Shown here piece after piece: positions 54,301 to 64,000 of a stretch of 64,000 bases of DNA. A program made the translations under genes and the position numbers. The notes below the pieces were generated by a model. It did not search any database. It was not told where the DNA came from and saw only the letters and a list, made by a program, of their open reading frames with translations. Origin of the DNA: Utricularia gibba (Eukaryota; Plantae; Magnoliophyta); assembly GCA_002189035.1 (NCBI GenBank), contig NEEC01000041.1:1-64000 (forward strand), read 5' to 3'. Position 1 is the stretch's first letter; every line of letters begins with the position of its first letter.

Positions 54301-55739
54301 CCGGTCTTCTTTCGTGTTGAGAACTTGTTCGTCCGAGGAGGCACAAATGCTCGAAAGATTGCCTTATATTAGCCTTCAGATGTGCAACGAAGTGGCCACC
54401 ACGTTCGCGACGATGCGACTCGGGACACCCGACTCGATGCGAATGTGATTTTCGGCATGCAAGACATATGTATTTCATGGGACGATGTGAAATTTGGATT
54501 TCGAGATGATCATTTAAGATGCCATGGGTGTGTCCCTAGCCACAACCTCATGGTGGCCTCGTGCACTCTTCGGTATCGAGTGGATATCTTGCAAACGGTG
54601 ATGAGTCATGTTGCACATATCATACCGTTTCGAAGCTCGTTCCGAGCCGGTCTTCTTTCGTGTTGAGAACTTGTTCGTCCGAGGAGGCACAAATGCTCGA
54701 AAGATTGCCTTATATTAGCCTTCAGATGTGCAACGAAGTGGCCACACGTTCGCGACGATGCGACTCGGGACACCGACTCGATGCGAATGTGATTTTCGCA
54801 TGCAAGACATATGTATTTCATGGGACGATGTGAAATTTGGATTTCGAGATGATCATTTAAGATGCCATGGGTGTGTCCCTAGCCAACCTCATGGTGGCCT
54901 CGTGCACTCTTCGGTATCGAGTGGATATCTTGCAAATGGTGATGAGTCATGTTGCACATAGCATACCGTTTCGAAGCTCGTTCGAGGGTCTTCGTGTTGA
55001 GAACTTGTTCGTCCGAGGAGGCACAAATGCTCGAAAGATTGCCTTATATTAGCCTTCAGATGTGCAACGAAGTGGCCACCACGTTCGCGACGATGCGACT
55101 CGGGACACCGACTCGATGCGAATGTGATTTTTGACATGCAAGACATATGTATTTCATGGGACGATGTGAAATTTGGATTTCGAGATGATCATTTAAGATG
55201 CCATGGGTGTGTCCCTAGCCACAACCTCATGGTGGCCTCGTGCACTCTTCGGTATCGAGTGGATATCTTGCAAATGGTGATGAGTCATGTTGCACATATC
55301 ATACCGTTTCGAAGCTCGTTCCGAGCCGGTCTTCTTTCGTGTTGAGAACTTGTTCGTCCGAGGAGGCACAAATGCTCGAAAGATTGCCTTATATTAGCCT
55401 TCAGATGTGCAACGAAGTGGCCACCACGTTCGCGACGATGCGACTCGGGACACCCGACTCGATGCGAATGTGATTTTCGGCATGCAAGACATATGTATTT
55501 CATGGGACGATGTGAAATTTGGATTTCGAGATGATCATTTAAGATGCCATGGGTGTGTCCCTAGCCACAACCTCATGGTGGCCTCGTGCACTCTTCGGTA
55601 TCGAGTGGATATCTTGCAAATGGTGATGAGTCATGTTGCACATAGCATACCGTTTCGAAGCTCGTTCCGAGCCGGTCTTCTTTCGTGTTGAGAACTTGTT
55701 CGTCCGAGGAGGCACAAATGCTCGAAAGATTGCCTTATA

Positions 55740-58700
55740 TTAGCCTTAAGATGTGCAACGAAGTGGCCACACGTTCGCGACGATGCGACTCGGGACACCC
55801 GACTCGATGCGAATGTGATTTTCGGCATGCAAGACATATGTATTTCATGGGACGATGTGAAATTTGGATTTCGAGATGATCATTTAAGATGCCATGGGTG
55901 TGTCCCTAGCCACAACCTCATGGTGGCCTCGTGCACTCTTCGGTATCGAGTGGATATCTTGCAAACGGTGATGAGTCATGTTGCACATAGCATACCGTTT
56001 CGAAGCTCGTTCCGAGCCGGTCTCTTTCGTGTTGAGAACTTGTTCGTCCGAGGAGGCACAAATGCTCGAAAGATTGCCTTATATTAGCCTTAGATGTGCA
56101 ACGAAGTGGCCACACGTTCGCGACGATGCGACTCGGGACACCCGACTCGATGCGAATGTGATTTTTGCATGCAAGACATATGTATTTCATGGGACGATGT
56201 GAAATTTGGATTTCGAGATGATCATTTAAGATGCCATGGGTGTGTCCCTAGCCACAACCTCATGGTGGCCTCGTGCACTCTTCGGTATCGAGTGGATATC
56301 TTGCAAATGGTGATGAGTCATGTTGCACATATCATACCGTTTCGAAGCTCGTTCCGAGCCGGTCTTCTTTCGTTTGAGAACTTGTTCGTCCGAGGAGGCA
56401 CAAATGCTCGAAAGATTGCCTTATATTAGCCTTCAGATGTGCAACGAAGTGGCCACCACGTTCGCGACGATGCGACTCGGGACACCGACTCGATGCGAAT
56501 GTGATTTTCGGCATGCAAGACATATGTATTTCATGGACGATGTGAAATTTGGATTTCGAGATGATCATTTAAGATGCCATGGGTGTGTCCCTAGCCACAA
56601 CCTCATGGTGGCCTCGTGCACTCTTCGGTATCGAGTGGATATCTTGCAAACGGTGATGAGTCATGTTGCACATATCATACCGTTTCGAAGCTCGTTCCGA
56701 GCCGGTCTTCTTTCGTGTTGAGAACTTGTTCGTCCGAGGAGGCACAAATGCTCGAAAGATTGCCTTATATTAGCCTTAAGATGTGCAACGAAGTGGCCAC
56801 CACGTTCGCGACGATGCGACTCGGGACCCGACTCGATGCGAATGTGATTTTCGGCATGCAAGACATATGTATTTCATGGGACGATGTGAATATTTCCCGA
56901 GCTCGATCATCGAATGTGATGCCATGGCATGCTAGGAGACACAACCTCATGGTGGCCTCGTGCACTCTATCGGTGATCGATTGGAGATGATCTTTAAGAT
57001 GCCATGGGTGTGTCCCTAGCCACACCTCATGGTGGCCTCGTGCACTCTTCGGTATCGAGTGGATATCTTGCAAACGGTGATGAGTCATGTTGCACATATC
57101 ATACCGTTTCGAAGCTCGTTCCGAGCCGGTCTTCTTTCGTGTTGAGAACTTGTTCGTCCGAGGAGGCACAAATGCTCGAAAGATTGCCTTATATTAGCCT
57201 TAGATGTGCAACGAAGTGGCCACACGTTCGCGACGATGCGACTCGGGACACCCGACTCGATGCGAATGTGATTTTTGCATGCAAGACATATGTATTTCAT
57301 GGACGATGTGAAAATTTGGATTTCGAGATGATCATTTAAGATGCCATGGGTGTGTCCCTAGCCACAACCTCATGGTGGCCTCGTGCACTCTTCGGTATCG
57401 AGTGGATATCTTGCAAATGGTGATGAGTCATGTTGCACATAGCATACCGTTTCGAAGCTCGTTCCGAGCCGGTCTCTTTCGTGTTGAGAACTTGTTCCGA
57501 GGAGGCACAAATGCTCGAAAGATTGCCTTATATTAGCCTTAAGATGTGCAACGAAGTGGCCACCACGTTCGCGACGATGCGACTCGGGACACCCGACTCG
57601 ATGCGAATGTGATTTTCGGCATGCAAGACATATGTATTTCATGGGACGATGTGAAAATTTGGATTTCGAGATGATCATTTAAGATGCCATGGGTGTGTCC
57701 CTAGCCACAACCTCATGGTGGCCTCGTGCACTCTTCGGTATCGAGTGGATATCTTGCAAATGTGATGAGTCATGTTGCACATAGCATACCGTTTCGAAGC
57801 TCGTTCCGAGCCGGTCTCTTTCGTGTTGAGAACTTGTTCGTCCGAGGAGGCACAAATGCTCGAAAGATTGCCTTATATTAGCCTTAGATGTGCAACGAAG
57901 TGGCCACACGTTCGCGACGATGCGACTCGGGACACCCGACTCGATGCGAATGTGATTTTCGGCATGCAAGACATATGTATTTCATGGGACGATGTGAATA
58001 TTTGGATTTCGAGATGATCATTTAAGATGCCATGGGTGTGTCCCTAGCCACAACCTCATGGTGGCCTCGTGCACTCTTCGGTATCGAGTGGATATCTTGC
58101 AAATGGTGATGAGTCATGTTGCACATAGCATACCGTTTCGAAGCTCGTTCCGAGCCGGTCTCTTTCGTGTTGAGAACTTGTTCGTCCGAGAGGCACAAAT
58201 GCTCGAAAGATTGCCTTATATTAGCCGATGTGCAACCACCCCGTTCGCGACGATGCGACTCGGGACACCCGACTCGATGCGAATGTGATTTTCGGCATGC
58301 AAGACATATGTATTTCATGGGACGATGTGAATATTTGGATTTCGAGATGATCATTTAAGATGCCATGGGTGTGTCCCTAGCCACAACCTCATGGTGGCCT
58401 CGTGCACTCTTCGGTATCGAGTGGATATCTTGCAAACGGTGATGAGTCATGTTGCACATAGCATACCGTTTCGAAGCTCGTTCCGAGCCGGTCTTCTTTC
58501 GTGTTGAGAACTTGTTCGTCCGAGGAGGCACAAATGCTCGAAAGATTGCCTTATATTAGCCTATGTGCAACGAAGTGGCCACCGTTCGCGACGATGCGAC
58601 TCGGGACACCCGACTCGATGCGAATGTGATTTTCGGCATGCAAGACATATGTATTTCATGGGACGATGTGAATATTTGGATTTCGAGATGATCATTTAAG

Positions 58701-61680
58701 ATGCCATGGGTGTGTCCCTAGCCACAACCTCATGGTGGCCTCGTGCACTCTTCGGTATCGAGTGGATATCTTGCAAACGGTGATGAGTCATGTTGCACAT
58801 ATCATACCGTTTCGAAGCTCGTTCCGAGCCGGTCTCTTTCGTGTTGAGAACTTGTTCGTCCGAGGAGGCACAAATGCTCGAAAGATTGCCTTATATTAGC
58901 CTTCAGATGTGCAACGAAGTGGCCACCACGTTCGCGACGATGCGACTCGGACACCCGACTCGATGCGAATGTGATTTTCGGCATGCAAGACATATGTATT
59001 TCATGGACGATGTGAAATTTTGGATTTCGAGATGATCATTTAAGATGCCATGGGTGTGTCCCTAGCCACAACCTCATGGTGGCCTCGTGCACTCTTCGGT
59101 ATCGAGTGGATATCTTGCAAACGGTGATGAGTCATGTTGCACATAGCATACGTTCCGAGCCGGTGTTGAGAACTTGTTCGTCCGAGGCACAAATGCTCGA
59201 AAGATTGCCTTATATTAGCCTTAAGATGTGCAACGAAGTGGCCACAACGTTCGCGACGTGCGACTCGGACACCCGACTCGATGCGAATGTGATTTTGCAT
59301 GCAAGACATATGTATTTCATGGGACGATGTGAAATTTGGATTTCGAGATGATCATTTAAGATGCCATGGGTGTGTCCCTAGCCACAACCTCATGGTGGCC
59401 TCGTGCACTCTTCGGTATCGAGTGGATATCTTGCAAATGGTGATGAGTCATGTTGCACATAGCATACCGTTTCGAAGCTCGTTCCGAGCCGGTCTACTTT
59501 CGTGTTGAGAACAGGAGGCACAAATGCTCGAAAGATTGCCTTATATTAGCCTTATGTGGACGATGTGGGAACCCTTTTGGATTATGTATTTCATGGGACG
59601 ATGTGAATATTTGGATTTCGAGATGATCATTTAAGATGCCATGGGTGTGTCCCTAGCCACAACCTCATGGTGGCCTCGTGCACTCTTCGGTATCGAGTGG
59701 ATATCTTGCAAATGGTGATGAGTCATGTTGCACATAGCATACCGTTTCGAAGCTCGTTCCGAGCCGGTCTTCTTTCGTGTTGAGAACTTGTTCGTCCGAG
59801 GAGGCACAAATGCTCGAAAGATTGCCTTATATTAGCCTTCAGATGTGCAACGAAGTGGCCACACGTTCGCGACGATGCGACTCGGGACACCCGACTCGAT
59901 GCGAATGTGATTTTCGGCATGCAAGACATATGTATTTCATGGGACGATGTGAATATTTGGATTTCGAGATGATCATTTAAGATGCCATGGGTGTGTCCCT
60001 AGCCACAACCTCATGGTGGCCTCGTGCACTCTTCGGTATCGAGTGGATATCTTGCAAATGGTGATGAGTCATGTTGCACATAGCATACCGTTTCGAAGCT
60101 CGTTCCGAGCCGGTCTTCTTTCGTGTTGAGAACTTGTTCGTCCGAGGAGGCACAAATGCTCGAAAGATTGCCTTATATTAGCCTTAGATGTGCAACGAAG
60201 TGGCCACCGTTCGCGACGATGCGACTCGGGACACCCGACTCGATGCGAATGTGATTTTCGGCATGCAAGACATATGTATTTCATGGGACGATGTGAAATT
60301 TGGATTTCGAGATGATCATTTAAGATGCCATGGGTGTGTCCCTAGCCACAACCTCATGGTGGCCTCGTGCACTCTTCGGTATCGAGTGGATATCTTGCAA
60401 ATGGTGATGAGTCATGTTGCACATAGCATACCGTTTCGAAGCTCGTTCCGAGCCGGTCTTCTTTCGTGTTGAGAACTTGTTCGTCCGAGGAGGCACAAAT
60501 GCTCGAAAGATTGCCTTATATTAGCCTTCAGATGTGCAACGAAGTGGCCACCACGTTCGCGACGATGCGACTCGGGACACCCGACTCGATGCGAATGTGA
60601 TTTTCGGCATGCAAGACATATGTATTTCATGGGACGATGTGAATATTTGGATTTCGAGATGATCATTTAAGATGCCATGGGTGTGTCCCTAGCCACAACC
60701 TCATGGTGGCCTCGTGCACTCTTCGGTATCGAGTGGATATCTTGCAAATGGTGATGAGTCATGTTGCACATAGCATACCGTTTCGAAGCTCGTTCCGAGC
60801 CGGTCTTCTTTCGTGTTGAGAACTTGTTCGTCCGAGGAGGCACAAATGCTCGAAAGATTGCCTTATATTAGCCTTCAGATGTGCAACGAAGTGGCCACCA
60901 CGTTCGCGACGATGCGACTCGGGACACCCGACTCGATGCGAATGTGATTTTCGGCATGCAAGACATATGTATTTCATGGGACGATGTGAAATTTGGATTT
61001 CGAGATGATCATTTAAGATGCCATGGGTGTGTCCCTAGCCACAACCTCATGGTGGCCTCGTGCACTCTTCGGTATCGAGTGGATATCTTGCAAACGGTGA
61101 TGAGTCATGTTGCACATAGCATACCGTTTCGAAGCTCGTTCCGAGCCGGTCTTCTTTCGTGTTGAGAACTTGTTCGTCCGAGGAGGCACAAATGCTCGAA
61201 AGATTGCCTTATATTAGCCTTCAGATGTGCAACGAAGTGGCCACCACGTTCGCGACGATGCGACTCGGGACACCGACTCGATGCGAATGTGATTTTCGGC
61301 ATGCAAGACATATGTATTTCATGGGACGATGTGAATATTTGGATTTCGAGATGATCATTTAAGATGCCATGGGTGTGTCCCTAGCCACAACCTCATGGTG
61401 GCCTCGTGCACTCTTCGGTATCGAGTGGATATCTTGCAAATGGTGATGAGTCATGTTGCACATAGCATACCGTTTCGAAGCTCGTTCCGAGCCGGTCTTC
61501 TTTCGTGTTGAGAACTTGTTCGTCCGAGGAGGCACAAATGCTCGAAAGATTGCCTTATATTAGCCTTAAGATGTGCAACGAAGTGGCCACCACGTTCGCG
61601 ACGATGCGAAGACTCGATGCGAATGTGATTTTCGGCATGCAAGACATATGTATTTCATGGGACGATGTGAATATTTGGAT
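55740..61680 (+). repeat. Second domain enriched for GAATATTTGG and CCTTAAG/CCTTAG
   Basis: AATATT occurs at about 56890, 57998, 58330, 58675, 59608, 59953, 60645, 61338 and 61670; CCTTAAG at about 55745, 56775, 57540, 59220 and 61565. Confidence 0.65.
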
Positions 61681-61769
61681 TTCGAGATGATCATTTAAGA
61701 TGCCATGGGTGTGTCCCTAGCCACAACCTCATGGTGGCGTGCACTCTTCGGTATCGAGTGGATATCTTG

Positions 61770-63660
61770 CAAACCATGTTGCGTTTCGAAGCTCGTTCCG
61801 ATCTTCTTTCGCATGCTCGAAAGATTGCCTTATATTAGCCTTCAGATGTGCAACGAAGTGGCCATTCGCGACGATGCGACTCGGGACACCCGACTCGATG
61901 CGAATGTGATTTTCGGCATGCAAGGACGATGTGAAATTTCATTTCGATGCCATGGGTGTGTCCCTAGCCACAACCTCATGGTGGCCTCGTGCAATCGAGT
62001 GGATATCTTGCAAATGGTGATGAGTCATGTTGCACATAGCATACCGTTTCGAAGCTCGTTCGAGCAACCGTCCGTGGTTCCTCGTGATTGCCTTATATTA
62101 GCCTTCGGATCGAGGGAATCTTGCAAATGGCCTCGTTAGGCACACCAACGAAGTGGCCAGCCGGTCTTTTCGTTTCATGAAAGAATATGACTCGGGGAGA
62201 TGAAAATTTTCGGCATTATGTATTTCATGCCTTCATTTAAGATGCCATGGGTGTGTCCCTAGCCACAACCTCATGGTGGCCTCGTGCACTCTTCGGTATC
62301 GAGTGGATATCTTGCAAATGGTGATGAGTCATGTTGCACATAGCATACCGTTTCGAAGCTCGTTCCGAGCCGGTCTTCTTTCGTGTTGAGAACTTGTTCG
62401 TCCGAGGAGGCACAAATGCTCGAAAGATTGCCTTATATTAGCCTTCAGATGTGCAACGAAGTGGCCACCACGTTCGCGACGATGCGACTCGGGACTCGAT
62501 GCGAATGTGATTTTTCACCATATGCAACGATGTGAAATATACGATGATGATCATGACATCGAGTGCTTGCAAATGGTGATGAGTCATCGCATGCGAAGCT
62601 GTGAACATGCATGGTGTGTTCTAGCGATCGTGAATGCTTCGCCACTCTAGGTAAGAGCTTGCAACCGTTTTCGAAGCTCGTTCCGACCGGTCTTCTTTCG
62701 TGTTGAGAACTTGTTCGTCCGAGGAGGCACAAATGCTCGAAAGATTGCCTTATATTAGCCTTCAGATGTGCAACGAAGTGGCCACCACGTTCGCGACGAT
62801 GCGACTCGGGACACCCGACTCGATGCGAATGTGATTTTCGGCATGCAAGACATATGTATTTCATGGGACGATGTGAAATTTTTTCGAGATGATTTTTGCC
62901 ATGGGTGTGTGCGATCATCGAATATCTTGCACCGGATGGTCAGCCTCGTGCCTTGGGTGTGCATCGTACGATGACTTCGATTGCAAATGGTGCACATCAA
63001 ACGGTATAGTCTTGTTTGAAGCTCATGTGTTGAGAACAGGAGGCACAAATGCTCGAAAGATTGCCTTATATTAGCCTTAGATGTGCAACGAAGTGGCCAC
63101 CACGTTCGCGACGATGCGACTCGGGGGATGTGTCGACGATGCGAACAAATGTGTGATTTTCGGCATGCAAGACATATGTATTTCATGGGACGATGTGAAA
63201 TTTTGGATTTCGAGATGATCATTTAAGATGCCATGGGTGTGTCCCTAGCCACAACCTCATGGTGGCCTCGTGCACTCTTCGGTATCGAGTGGATATCTTG
63301 CAAACGGTGATGAGTCATGTTGCACATAGCAGTCGATAGCACATTCCGAGATGTTGGGTTCTGCTCGTTGCCGATGCCGTGTCCTCGAGGAATCGAATGC
63401 AAACGACGATTGATCATAAATATTGCCTGCAACGAAGTGTGCGAATGCGACTCGTGCCGATGCCACGTCGCGATAATGAAACATGTCATGTTGCGATTTT
63501 CGAAGAATGATTTTCGACATGGGTTCGCGACAATGTATTCATGGACCCCGACATCCATGAGCCACAACCTCATAATCGAGTGGATATCTTGCAACATGTT
63601 GCACAGCATACAAGCTCGTTCCGAGCCGGTGTGTCTTGTTCGTCCGATGCTCGATTGCCT
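61770..63660. other. Scrambled satellite islands near the window end
   Basis: Segments 62050-62240, 62510-62670, 62890-63030 and 63330-63660 consist of 5-20 bp monomer fragments out of order; a clean monomer resumes at about 63660. Confidence 0.7.
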
Positions 63661-64000
63661 TATATTAGCCTTCAGATGTGCAACGAAGTGGCCACCACGT
63701 TCGCGACGATGCGACTCGGGACACCCGACTCGATGCGAATGTGATTTTCGGCATGCAAGACATATGTATTTCATGGGACGATGTGAATTTTGGATTTCGA
63801 GATGATCATTTAAGATGCCATGGGTGTGTCCCTAGCCACAACCTCATGGTGGCCTCGTGCACTCTTCGGTATCGAGTGGATATCTTGCAAATGGTGATGA
63901 GTCATGTTGCACATAGCATACCGTTTCGAAGCTCGTTCCGAGCCGGTCTTCTTTCGTGTTGAGAACTTGTTCGTCCGAGGAGGCACAAATGCTCGAAAGA

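Larger units (their letters stand above)
1..64000 (+). repeat. Tandem satellite DNA array, ~346-bp monomer, head-to-tail, single orientation, open at both window ends
   Basis: The motif TGATCATTTAAGATGCCATGG recurs at 13561 and 13907 (period 346). Identical ORFs in the track recur at 345-346 bp spacing (8875/9221; 13660/14006/14352; 29616/29962/30307/30652). The window starts and ends inside a monomer, and I saw no inverted copy or foreign insert. Confidence 0.99.

Noticed and set aside
10854-63660. Scrambled islands as transposon insertions or unique spacer DNA
   Set aside because: They are made of monomer-derived words and show no LTR or TIR, target-site duplication, poly-A tail or transposase-like coding sequence.
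9-63962. All ORFs in the six-frame track (60-214 aa), including the longest at 6503-7129, 8291-8935, 10519-11163 and 37327-37923
   Set aside because: They are translations of the same 346-bp unit (recurring peptides QMLERLPYIS, ANIRQSFEHL, DDHLRCHG). The period is not a multiple of 3, the longer ORFs exist only where indels bypass stop codons, and I recognise no protein domain.
1-64000. CRISPR array
   Set aside because: There are no unique spacers between short repeats (the entire 346-bp unit repeats) and no cas genes.
1-64000. Abundant 1-2 bp indels (GGG/GG, CCC/CC, CCACCAC/CCACAC, TCTTCTTT/TCTCTTT, GAGGAGG/GAGAGG) as biological variants
   Set aside because: They are overwhelmingly deletions in homopolymers or short tandem motifs, the typical long-read error profile, and cannot be trusted without accurate reads.

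Overview
The whole 64-kb window is one uninterrupted head-to-tail tandem satellite array. The monomer is about 346 bp (roughly 185-190 copies, all in the same orientation), and the array runs off both ends of the window. A clean monomer (13561-13906) is about 49% GC by manual count, has 25 CpGs (obs/exp about 1.2), and is rich in short palindromes and hairpins. I found no credible protein-coding gene, RNA gene, transposon, CRISPR array or unique non-repeat sequence; every ORF in the track is a translation of the monomer. The real structure lies at three levels. (i) Regional monomer subfamilies: a distinct haplotype in 1-6.7 kb and AATATT/TTAAG-rich domains at about 33-38 kb and 56-62 kb. (ii) Recurrent variants concentrated at CpG sites, plus recurrent ~11-bp indels. 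(iii) Scrambled islands built only from monomer fragments; at least one interleaves two out-of-register copies of the monomer, which looks like a long-read consensus artefact. I could not assign organism or satellite family from sequence alone, and I see no evidence for a novel gene-based system.
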